A DNA stretch of 64,000 bases from Acidimicrobiales bacterium (GTDB lineage: Bacteria; Actinomycetota; Acidimicrobiia; Acidimicrobiales; VFJN01): assembly GCA_045807565.1 (NCBI GenBank), contig JBJMHD010000149.1, positions 5,116 through 69,115 on the forward strand, given 5' to 3'. The translations under genes and the position numbers were made by a program. The notes beneath the pieces were generated by a model. That model saw nothing but the letters and a program-made list of their open reading frames with translations. It searched no databases and was not told the DNA's origin. This document shows, piece after piece, positions 26,885-34,976 of this stretch. Positions within the stretch are counted from its first letter, which is position 1, and every line of letters begins with the position of its first letter.

Positions 26885-28005
26885 GCGACCCGCTCCCGAG
26901 TGACCGTCGGCGCCACGTGCGGCGTGGCGGCGGGGAGCCGCACGGGCGGCGCGATCCACGCGGGCAGCATCCCGAGGAGGGCGGCGGCCAGCGGGAGCGA
27001 GGGGAGCTCCGGCCAGCGCAGCGGTTGGAGCGACGGGTGGAGGAGCGTGGGGTCGATGGTGCTCACGGCCACCATCACGGTGGCCACCACGATGCCGACG
27101 ATCGACACCGCCCACTCCTCGATCCACCAGGGGTCGGGCCGGTACCGGCTGCGCTCGACGCGCCGTCCGCTCAGGGTGACCCCGGCCCAGCCGACCGCCA
27201 CGCCGCCGAGGAGCATGGGCAGGCCGAGGTAGCGGGGCGCGGTGCTGTCCAGCAGGCCATAGGAGCCGATCGCGATGGCGACGAGGCCTCCGAGCAGCAG
27301 TGCGCCGGTGACCGCCACCGCGGAGCGGCCCCGGCGGGCCACGCGGCCGTACCCGCGCGAGTCCATGGCCGCCGCGAGCAGCAGCGATCGATCGAGGGCG
27401 TCGGTCATCACCGGAAGCGCGACCTCGCGCACGACGTGGAAGCGCCGGCCCGGCTCGCCGCGCAGGCGACGCGCCCGGCGGACCCGCTGGCCGCTCTCGA
27501 TGAGCTGCGGGGCGACGCTCAGCGCGACCGTGACGGCGACGCCCACCTCGTGGAGCGCGGCCGGCATCGACTGGAGGAGGCGCTTCGGGTTGGCGAGGGT
27601 GTTGGCAGCGCCCACGCACAGCAGGAGCGTCGCCAGCCGCAGGCCGTCGTAGACGGCTGCCAGCACGCCCTCGGCGGACACCGCGCCGCCGAGCCGGATC
27701 CCGGCGACGGCATCCGGGAGGGGCACCTCGGGCAGGGTGAAGAGCAGGTGCGACCCGTACTGCGCGTCGAGGAGCACCCGGAACGCCACCCGGATCGCGA
27801 TCACCAGGAGGCCCAGGTAGAGGTAGGCACGGAAGCCACGCGCCCACGGCGCCTCGGTGCGGCGGGCGGACACGACGAACGCCACCACGGCGACGATCAC
27901 CAGCAGCAGGATCGGGTTCGTGGTACGGCTCGCGGCGGCCGCCATCCCGAGCGCCCAGAGCCACCACGCTCCGGGGTGCAGCGCTCGCGGCAGGCGGGCC
28001 ATCAT
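26881..28005 (-). CDS. ecfT: ECF transporter transmembrane component T
   Basis: LHPGAWWLW...ARRLRG...ALDRSLLLAAAMDSRGYG, with the ARG/SRG coupling motifs. Confidence 0.9.
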   Translation of the reverse strand: MMARLPRALHPGAWWLWALGMAAAASRTTNPILLLVIVAVVAFVVSARRTEAPWARGFRAYLYLGLLVIAIRVAFRVLLDAQYGSHLLFTLPEVPLPDAVAGIRLGGAVSAEGVLAAVYDGLRLATLLLCVGAANTLANPKRLLQSMPAALHEVGVAVTVALSVAPQLIESGQRVRRARRLRGEPGRRFHVVREVALPVMTDALDRSLLLAAAMDSRGYGRVARRGRSAVAVTGALLLGGLVAIAIGSYGLLDSTAPRYLGLPMLLGGVAVGWAGVTLSGRRVERSRYRPDPWWIEEWAVSIVGIVVATVMVAVSTIDPTLLHPSLQPLRWPELPSLPLAAALLGMLPAWIAPPVRLPAATPHVAPTVTRERVA

Positions 28006-28856
28006 CCGATCGGCGCCCCGTCCGCGGAGCGACGGCGCCGGGCCACGGCGACGGCGGCACCACCGATGGCCGCCACGGCGCTGATGCCGACGAGGGCACC
28101 GGCAGGGGATCCCGCGTCACCGGCCGCCGGGGACGGGGCGGCAGCCGCCTCGTCACGGGAGCGGTCATCGCTGTCGATGCCGTCCCGGCCTGGTGCCGCG
28201 GCTCGCGCCGTCGTCGAGGTCGACGTGGTGTCGCTCGTCGGCGTCGTGGTCGACGACGTCGGGTCGCCTCCGGCGTCGACGGTGATCGACGGGCTGACGG
28301 CGGCGGCCGCGGCGGGCCGAGGTGGCGTCGGTGTCCGCCCGACAGCACGGGCGGTCGTGGTGGTCGTCTCGGCCGGCGGCGGAGGGTCGATGCCGGGCCG
28401 GGCGTCGTCACCGAAGGCCCAACCCTCCACGCTCCCGGGTGGCGGGACCCGGCTGCCGGCGCCCGACGTGCTGTAGGTCCACTCGCCGCCCCGTGGCGCA
28501 TGCCAGTACGCCCAGTAGGCGTTGGCCGGCGGCGCGCTGTGGCAGGGGTCCGAGGCGGGCTCGCCGTCGATCCGGCACAGGAGCCCCGGGTACTGCGTGG
28601 TCCCCTGGAACGTGAACCCCGCCTTGGTGAGGGCCTCGAAGCCGGAGCGGACCGGCTGGGGGGCGCATCGCACCTGCACCCCGTCGCCGAACGCCGACGC
28701 GTCCACCACCACGGTGATGCCGCGCTGGTCCGGGCAGGCGCCCCCTGCCGACGCGGTCCGCGTGGCTGGTCCCGCCGCCGAGATGGCGGCGAAAGGCCCC
28801 AGGGCGAGGAGCGCGCCGACGACGGCGAGCGTCGAGCGAGCGGCCCGTCGCGGCAT
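28002..28856 (-). CDS. Secreted, C-terminally membrane-anchored protein with DUF4430-like (transcobalamin beta-like) domain
   Basis: Signal peptide; GITVVVD...SGFEALTKAGF...LCRIDGEP...YWAYW...WTYS...GSVEGWAF; Pro/Thr linker; C-terminal TM plus RRRR. The domain call is from motif recall. Confidence 0.7.
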   Translation of the reverse strand: MPRRAARSTLAVVGALLALGPFAAISAAGPATRTASAGGACPDQRGITVVVDASAFGDGVQVRCAPQPVRSGFEALTKAGFTFQGTTQYPGLLCRIDGEPASDPCHSAPPANAYWAYWHAPRGGEWTYSTSGAGSRVPPPGSVEGWAFGDDARPGIDPPPPAETTTTTARAVGRTPTPPRPAAAAAVSPSITVDAGGDPTSSTTTPTSDTTSTSTTARAAAPGRDGIDSDDRSRDEAAAAPSPAAGDAGSPAGALVGISAVAAIGGAAVAVARRRRSADGAPIG

Positions 28857-30406
28857 CAGGTGGCCTGGATCGCGGCGCGTCGCCGATCGCTCGCGAGGAC
28901 CAGCGCGGTGCCGCCCAGCACGAGGAGGGCACCGGCGAGACCGAGCTCCGCCGTCGCCGACCCCGTGGCCGGCAGCTGCTGGGCGGGATCGGCCTCCTGC
29001 CCCGTGACCTCGATCGAGACCTCCACCTGCACGCCGGAGGTCTCGCCAGCCATGGAGATGGTGTGGACGCCGGGCTCGACGTCGGCCGGGATCGTGACCG
29101 GCGCCGTCACCTCGCCATCGGGATCCGCGGTGAAGGAGCCGAGCGCGACGGGCGCCGAGTGGAGGGTGACGTCCACGGTCTCGCCGGGGGCGAAGCCGAC
29201 GCCGTGGAGCGTGAGCGTGCCGCCCGCGACGATCGACCCCACGGATGCGGTGACCTTCGGGACCACGGTCGTGGCCACCGGGCAGGTGACCGCATCGAGG
29301 CCGGCGGTCACCGGCGCCACGCTCCCGATGTCGCCGTAGGCGGGGAGGCCGAGGCCCAGCACGCCCTGCGCGGTCGCCCGCGTCCACTGGGCGCGGTCGG
29401 CAGCGATGCCGGCATCGAACGCGGCCTGGTCGTAGGCGATGGCGCCCAGCTCGGCGCAGTCGTCCGTCTGCAGCGCGGCGAGGAACGCGGCACCGTCGTC
29501 GGCCGCGCCGGTCTCGCCGGCGGCGCGCAGCGCAGACGCGGCGAGTCCGGTGGTGTTCGAGTTCACGGCGCCGGTGCCGAAGAACCCGCCGGACGCCTGC
29601 TGCTGCGCGAGGAGGTGGTCGACGGCCCCGGAGACGGCGGTGCTGACCGCGGGCGACGAGGGCGCGATGAGGAGCGCCTGGAGCGCGAACGCGGTGGCGT
29701 CCGCATCTCCTTCTGCGTCATCGGTGCACACGTGCGGGTCCGTCGTCACCGCCGGGTCCGTGTGGTACAGCCGGAAGCTGCCGTTGGGGCACTGCTCCCC
29801 GAGCAAGAAGTCGATGGCCTCGCTCGGGACGCCGCTCGCGGTCCGGTCGAGGGCCACGATGGCGAGCGACTGGCCGATCGTGTTGGCGAAGTTCCCCCAA
29901 CCGAGGCTGTCGCTGTCGGAGAAGCGGCCCACATCGCTGCCGCTGGTCTCCATCACGTCGCGCAGGTCGGCTTCCAGGTCGATGCCGTCGCTCACGTCCG
30001 CCCCGGAGATCTCCTCGAGGAGGAGGGTCTTGGCGGTGGCGTTCGCGGCGCGGTCGGCGTCGGTCTCGAACCCCGTGATGTACGGCATGAGGTTGACGGG
30101 GTCGGCGAGGGTGTCGAGGGACAGGGCCACCGCCGGGTCGGCGGCCTCACCGGCGGCGATGATGCCGAGGATCGCGTCGATCGTGAGGCCTTGGTCGGGG
30201 AACTCGTCGGGGCCGCCGAAGCTCACCGTGAGCATGCCCTCGTTCGCCTCGAGCTCGGTCGCGAGCCAGTTGGCCGCGGCCCGGGCGGGGCTCAGGCTGG
30301 TGCCGGGCTGCGCGGCCCGGGCTGGTGCGGCGGTGAGGCCGAGGATGGCGAGGACGGCGAAGGTGGCGAGGCCGCGGCGAGCGGGCCGTCGTCGGGGTGG
30401 GGTCAT
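28856..30406 (-). CDS. Secreted prenyltransferase/squalene-oxidase-repeat (alpha/alpha barrel) protein with Ig-like domain and LPxTG sortase signal
   Basis: Signal peptide; repeats LLGEQCPNGSF, DADATAFALQAL, LLAQQQASGGF, NSNTTGLAASAL; C-terminal LPATG + hydrophobic segment + RRR. Confidence 0.8.
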   Translation of the reverse strand: MTPPRRRPARRGLATFAVLAILGLTAAPARAAQPGTSLSPARAAANWLATELEANEGMLTVSFGGPDEFPDQGLTIDAILGIIAAGEAADPAVALSLDTLADPVNLMPYITGFETDADRAANATAKTLLLEEISGADVSDGIDLEADLRDVMETSGSDVGRFSDSDSLGWGNFANTIGQSLAIVALDRTASGVPSEAIDFLLGEQCPNGSFRLYHTDPAVTTDPHVCTDDAEGDADATAFALQALLIAPSSPAVSTAVSGAVDHLLAQQQASGGFFGTGAVNSNTTGLAASALRAAGETGAADDGAAFLAALQTDDCAELGAIAYDQAAFDAGIAADRAQWTRATAQGVLGLGLPAYGDIGSVAPVTAGLDAVTCPVATTVVPKVTASVGSIVAGGTLTLHGVGFAPGETVDVTLHSAPVALGSFTADPDGEVTAPVTIPADVEPGVHTISMAGETSGVQVEVSIEVTGQEADPAQQLPATGSATAELGLAGALLVLGGTALVLASDRRRAAIQAT

Positions 30407-30525
30407 CGGGGTTCGAACCTTCCGGAAGGTCGAGGCCCCGGACAACGCTCGACCGCCCACGGCCCTGCCGTGCGCTCCCGAGCTCCCGATCCGCAGACCT
30501 CGACGGCTGATGGAGCTGATGCCTC

Positions 30526-30615
30526 CGAGCAGGCATTCCGACTCGCCACCGGCACGGGGGTCGGTGGCCTACGGCTGCGGGTCAGTGCCGGACTTCGACC
30601 GGCTTCCCCTGCTCG
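30526..30615 (-). ncRNA. Cobalamin riboswitch (compact form)
   Basis: Minus strand: CGAGCAGG-GGAA-GCCGGTCGAAGTCCGGC-ACTGACCCGCAGCCGTA-hairpin-GAGTCGGAATG-CCTGCTCG; 8-bp closing stem and B12-box elements; upstream of the ECF operon. Confidence 0.9.
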
Positions 30616-30708
30616 ATGGCGGTTGTCGACCGGTCGCCCGGCCGTGTTCGGACGCTACCGGCTGTGCCACCGGCGCGCCCCATCTGGTGACGTCGGTCGG
30701 TCGGTACG

Positions 30709-31680
30709 GTGGATGCGGTGAGCGCCGTCGACGCCGCCGAGGTGGATCCCGCTCGCCGCGACCCCGACTACCGGTGCTCGCCGTGGACGCAGGCGCAGGC
30801 CGTGGATCCGATCGGATCAGCGGGGGCGTTCGACGAGCTCCTCCTCGTCGAGTGGGCCCTCCCGTGGCCATCGGACGTGAGCGACGTCGACGCGCTCGCT
30901 GCCGCGGCGGCGCACCCGGGCGCGCGCGTGATGATGGTCGTACCGCACGCGGACGCCGCCGAGGACGGGCTGCGCCGCGTCGTCCACCACCGCCGCACGA
31001 GCACCCACCGCCTCACCGGCGTCGACCACCGGGTGGAGGTCGACCGGATCCCCGACCTGTTGGCCGCGCTGCTCGCCGAGCCGGATCGCCCGCAGCACGA
31101 GTGGCCCAGCGTCGTCGGTGACGCGCCCGCCGAGGTGCTCGTGTGCGGACACGGTCGCCGCGACCCCTGCTGCGGTCGCTGGGGCACGCTCTTGCACCTC
31201 GAGACGGCGGCGCGAGGGCTGGCGGCGCGCGTGTGGCGCTGCAGCCACACCGGGGGGCACCGCTACGCCCCCACCGCGATCACGTTGCCCGACGGGCGGG
31301 CGTGGGCCTACGCCGACGTCGACCTGCTCGAGGGCGTCCTCACGCGCTCCGGCGACGTGGGAGCCCTGTGCGACCACGATCGCGGCTGCACCGCGCTCGA
31401 CCCGTGGGCGCAGGTCGTGGAGCGGGCGCTGTTCGTCGAGCACGGGTGGGCCTGGCTCGACGGTGAGCTCACGAGCAGCACGACGCAGGTCGCGGACGAC
31501 GCGCGCTCGGCGTCGGTCGAGCTGCACTGGCGGTCGGCGGACGGCACGGCCGGGAGCGCCGTCGGCGAGGTGGAGGTCACGCGCGTCCTGCCTGTCCTGG
31601 TGTGCGGCGAACCGCCCGAGAACGCCAAGAAGACCAGCCCCGAGCTCGCCCTGCGCAGCCTGCGCGCCCGAGCCAGTTAG
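30709..31680 (+). CDS. Sucrase/ferredoxin-like (thioredoxin-like 2Fe-2S) protein
   Basis: VLVCGHGRRDPCCGRWG and WRCSHTGGHRYAPT motifs. Confidence 0.85.
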   Translation: MDAVSAVDAAEVDPARRDPDYRCSPWTQAQAVDPIGSAGAFDELLLVEWALPWPSDVSDVDALAAAAAHPGARVMMVVPHADAAEDGLRRVVHHRRTSTHRLTGVDHRVEVDRIPDLLAALLAEPDRPQHEWPSVVGDAPAEVLVCGHGRRDPCCGRWGTLLHLETAARGLAARVWRCSHTGGHRYAPTAITLPDGRAWAYADVDLLEGVLTRSGDVGALCDHDRGCTALDPWAQVVERALFVEHGWAWLDGELTSSTTQVADDARSASVELHWRSADGTAGSAVGEVEVTRVLPVLVCGEPPENAKKTSPELALRSLRARAS

Positions 31681-31690
31681 GGCTGCCTAA
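31677..31690. promoter_or_regulatory. DtxR/IdeR-type operator upstream of the regulator
   Basis: TTAGG-GCTG-CCTAA dyad in the -35 region; TAGCGT at 31708-31713; ATG 6 nt later. Confidence 0.75.
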
Positions 31691-31719
31691 TCCACGCTGT
31701 CGGCCGGTAGCGTGGCGCC

Positions 31720-32388
31720 ATGGCCGACTACAAGACGCCGGAGTTCCATCCCGCGTTCGAGGAGTACTGCGAGGCCGTCTACGAGCTGCGCGAGGACGAC
31801 GTCGACGTGATCCAGGCACGGATCGCCGACCGCCTCCTCGTCTCCCGCCCCGCGGTGTCCGAGATGATCAAGCGGATGGAGACCGAGGGCCTGGTGGCCA
31901 TCGACCACAACGCCATCACCCTCACCCACGACGGCCAGCGGCTGGCCGAGCGGGTCGTGCGCCGGCACCGTCTCGCCGAGCGCTTCCTCACCGACATCCT
32001 CGAGCTGTCGTGGGCCGACGCCCACCAGGAGGCGGGCAAGTGGGAGCACATCATCTCGGAGCCCGTCGAGGCCGCCATCGTGCGCGTGCTCGGCAACCCC
32101 ACCACGTGCCCCCACGGCAACCCGATCCCCGGCGCCGACTACCACGCGCCGGCGGCGGTGCCGCTCGCTGACGTCCTCGTGGGGGGCGGCTTCACCGTGA
32201 CGCGGATCCCCGAGGAGCTGGAGTTCACGCCCGGGCTGCTCGAGTTCCTCGAGGACGCCGACGTCGTGCCCGGCCGCACCGGCACGATCACCGCAGCCTC
32301 GCCCGACGGCACCACCACCGTGGAGGTGAACGGGCGGCACATCGGCATCGGCGCCTTCGCCAGCCAGCGCATCCTCGTCACCACCTAG
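31720..32388 (+). CDS. DtxR/IdeR/MntR-family metal-dependent regulator with FeoA/SH3 domain
   Basis: EEYCEAVYEL, VSRPAVSEMIKRM, RRHRLAERFL, HQEAGKWEH, CPHGNPIPG. Confidence 0.93.
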   Translation: MADYKTPEFHPAFEEYCEAVYELREDDVDVIQARIADRLLVSRPAVSEMIKRMETEGLVAIDHNAITLTHDGQRLAERVVRRHRLAERFLTDILELSWADAHQEAGKWEHIISEPVEAAIVRVLGNPTTCPHGNPIPGADYHAPAAVPLADVLVGGGFTVTRIPEELEFTPGLLEFLEDADVVPGRTGTITAASPDGTTTVEVNGRHIGIGAFASQRILVTT

Positions 32389-32416
32389 GTCTGGTCACCG
32401 ATCTGTTCGCCATCCG

Positions 32417-32436
32417 TTAGGGGTGCCTACTAAGGT
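32417..32436 (+). promoter_or_regulatory. Second DtxR-type operator plus -10 element
   Basis: TTAGG-GGTG-CCTAC followed by TAAGGT (32431-32436); GTG start 8 nt later. Confidence 0.65.
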
Positions 32437-32444
32437 CGCGGCTC

Positions 32445-34976
32445 GTGACCTTGCTGGACCCGGCTCGCGGGACGGCGACGCGCTTCGGCGCCTTCCTCGC
32501 CTCGCACGGCGAGCGGCCCGCCCTGTTCGACGGGGAGCGCTGGACCACCTACGCCGAGCTCGCGCCGCGGGTCGACGCGGTCACGCACGCGCTCGGCCCG
32601 GTCCCCCGGCTGGTGCACGTGCCGCTCCCCCGCACGACGGGAGCGGTGATCGGGTACCTCGGAGCGCTCGCCGGCGGCCATGCCGTGCTCGTGACCGACG
32701 ACGACCCGGAGCGGAACGCCGCGATCCTGCGCACCTTCGATCCTGATGCCGTCATCGAACCGCTCGGCGACCGGTGCGAGGTCGTCGAGCGACGCTGCGG
32801 TTCGCGACACGACCTGCACCCCGATCTCGCGCTGCTGCTGTCGACCTCGGGGACCACCGGCGCACCCAGGCTGGTGCGGCTGTCGCACGCCAACGTGCTG
32901 GCCAACGCCCGTGCGATCGCCGACTACCTGCACCTCACGGCGGAGGACCGGGCGATCACCTCGCTGCCGCTCCACTACTGCTACGGCCTGTCGGTCCTGC
33001 ACAGCCACCTGCTCGTGGGCGGCGGGGTCGTGATCTCGGACCTGTCGGTGGTCGATCGGTGCTTCTGGGATCTGTTCCGCCGCGGCGAGGTGACCTCGCT
33101 GGCAGGTGTGCCCCACACCTTCGAGCTGCTCGAGCGCTCGGGGTTCGACGACCTGGACGCCCCGAGCCTGCGGCTGGTCACCCAGGCCGGAGGGCGCCTC
33201 CCGCCGGCGACCGTCGCGCAGCTGGCGCGCCGAGGTCAGCGGCGGGGGTGGGACCTCGTGGTGATGTACGGCCAGACCGAGGCGACCGCCCGCATCGCGT
33301 ACCTCCCGCCGGCCCTCGCCCACGAGCATCCCGGAGCGATCGGGATCCCCATCCCCGGCGGATCGCTCCGGCTGCACCCGGGCGCGGGCCCCGGCGACGA
33401 GGTCGGCGAGCTCGTGTACGAGGGCCCGAACGTCATGCTCGGGTACGCCGTCGAGCCTGCGGACCTGGCGCTGGGCGCGACGATCACGGAGCTCCACACC
33501 GGCGACCTCGCCCGGCGGAACGAGGCGGGCCTCTTCGAGATCGTGGGTCGCTGCGCGCGGTTCGCGAAGGTGTGCGGGCTCCGCGTCGACCTGGATCAGG
33601 TCGAGGCCATGCTGCGCGCCGACGGCGTCGAGGCGCTGTGCGCGAGCGACGACGAGCGGCTCGGCGTCGTCGCCGTGGACGCGAGCGCCGCGGACGTCGC
33701 CGGGCGGGTCGCCGCCCACACCGGCCTGCCGGTCGCGCGGATCGCGGTGGGCCACGTCACCGAGCTGCCGCGCCTGCCCAACGGCAAGCCCGATCACCGG
33801 GGGGCCCTCCGGATCGCCACCGACGCGGTCGACGGTCGCGGCGCGGCGGACGGGAGCCGGCGCGTGCACGCGGTCTACGAGGAGGTGCTCGGCGTGGCGC
33901 AGGTCCACGACGAGGACACCTTCGTGTCGCTCGGCGGCGACTCCCTCTCGTACGTCGAAGCCTCCATCGGTCTGGAGGCGATCGTCGGCGCGCTGCCCTC
34001 GGACTGGCCGAGCCGACCCGTGGGGAGCCTCGTCCCGGCACGCGCTCGCCGATGGTTCGCGCTGACCGAGACGAGCGTGGTGCTGCGAGCGCTGTCCATC
34101 GTGCTGATCGTGAGCATGCACGTGAAGCTCACCGCGTTCCTCGGCGGCGCGCACCTGTTGCTGGCGATGGCGGGGTACAGCTTCGGTCGGTTCCAGTCCG
34201 AGCCGGTGGGACGCTTGCGGAGCATCGCTCGCATCGCGGTGCCCAGCGCGGTGTGGCTGGTGCTGGCCAGCCGGCTGAACCATCGCATCGGGCTGCCGCA
34301 CGTGCTGCTCGTCAACGGGTGGATCGGCGCCGAGGGCTCCCACGGCGGCTACTGGTTCGGGGAGGCGCTCGTGCAGATCCTCCTCCCGCTCACGGCGATC
34401 CTCGCCATCCCCGCAGTGCGGCGCCTGGAGGTCGCCCGCCCCCTTGCGGTCGCGTCCGGCGCGCTGGCGGCGGGGCTCCTCGTGCGCTTCCACGTCGTCC
34501 ACCTGCCGACGGTCGAGCCCCACGACATCCGCCCGCACGACATCTTCTGGATCTTCGCCATCGGCTGGGCCGCGGCCCACGCTCGCGGCCGCGGCGCCCG
34601 CCTCGCGCTGTCGGTCGTCACGATCGCCGCGCTCCCGGGGTACTTCGGCGAGCCACAGCGTGAGGTGTTCCTCGTGATCACGTTGCTCGTGCTCCTGTGG
34701 GTGCCCTCGCTCCCGGTGCCGCGCGCCGCCACCCGCGCCATCGGGCTGGTGGCGGGAGCCTCGCTGTACATCTACCTCAGCCACTGGCAGGTGTTCCCCG
34801 TGGTTCGACCCTTCGCCGGCAAGCCCGCGGCGGTGGTGGCGTCGCTGGTGGTGGGGGTGCTGCTCTGGAAGCTCGCCGGGGTGGTGGAGGCGCGCCTCCG
34901 GCGGGTCAGGTGGACCGCAGCACCTCGGGCAGCGGGCGCTCGTGCACCAGCACCAGCCGCTTCGTGGCTCGGGTGA
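32445..34976 (+). CDS. Adenylation domain + carrier protein + acyltransferase-3 membrane domain fusion
   Basis: STSGTTGAPR, MYGQTEA, HTGDL and LPNGK (A domain); FVSLGGDSLS (phosphopantetheine Ser); LRALSIVLIVSMH, GGAHLLLAMAGY and YWFGEALVQ in a multi-TM AT3-like region. Confidence 0.82.
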   Translation: MTLLDPARGTATRFGAFLASHGERPALFDGERWTTYAELAPRVDAVTHALGPVPRLVHVPLPRTTGAVIGYLGALAGGHAVLVTDDDPERNAAILRTFDPDAVIEPLGDRCEVVERRCGSRHDLHPDLALLLSTSGTTGAPRLVRLSHANVLANARAIADYLHLTAEDRAITSLPLHYCYGLSVLHSHLLVGGGVVISDLSVVDRCFWDLFRRGEVTSLAGVPHTFELLERSGFDDLDAPSLRLVTQAGGRLPPATVAQLARRGQRRGWDLVVMYGQTEATARIAYLPPALAHEHPGAIGIPIPGGSLRLHPGAGPGDEVGELVYEGPNVMLGYAVEPADLALGATITELHTGDLARRNEAGLFEIVGRCARFAKVCGLRVDLDQVEAMLRADGVEALCASDDERLGVVAVDASAADVAGRVAAHTGLPVARIAVGHVTELPRLPNGKPDHRGALRIATDAVDGRGAADGSRRVHAVYEEVLGVAQVHDEDTFVSLGGDSLSYVEASIGLEAIVGALPSDWPSRPVGSLVPARARRWFALTETSVVLRALSIVLIVSMHVKLTAFLGGAHLLLAMAGYSFGRFQSEPVGRLRSIARIAVPSAVWLVLASRLNHRIGLPHVLLVNGWIGAEGSHGGYWFGEALVQILLPLTAILAIPAVRRLEVARPLAVASGALAAGLLVRFHVVHLPTVEPHDIRPHDIFWIFAIGWAAAHARGRGARLALSVVTIAALPGYFGEPQREVFLVITLLVLLWVPSLPVPRAATRAIGLVAGASLYIYLSHWQVFPVVRPFAGKPAAVVASLVVGVLLWKLAGVVEARLRRVRWTAAPRAAGARAPAPAASWLG

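Noticed and set aside
28856-30406. Terpene (squalene-hopene) cyclase or biosynthetic cluster
   Set aside because: The protein is secreted and sortase-anchored, lacks a DxDD motif, and is under a B12 riboswitch with an ECF transporter.
30405-30435. GGTTCGAA as a tRNA T-loop
   Set aside because: No cloverleaf; it is part of the riboswitch expression platform and translation start region.
32445-34976. Conventional NRPS/siderophore cluster
   Set aside because: No condensation, thioesterase or tailoring genes; the single module ends in a membrane domain.
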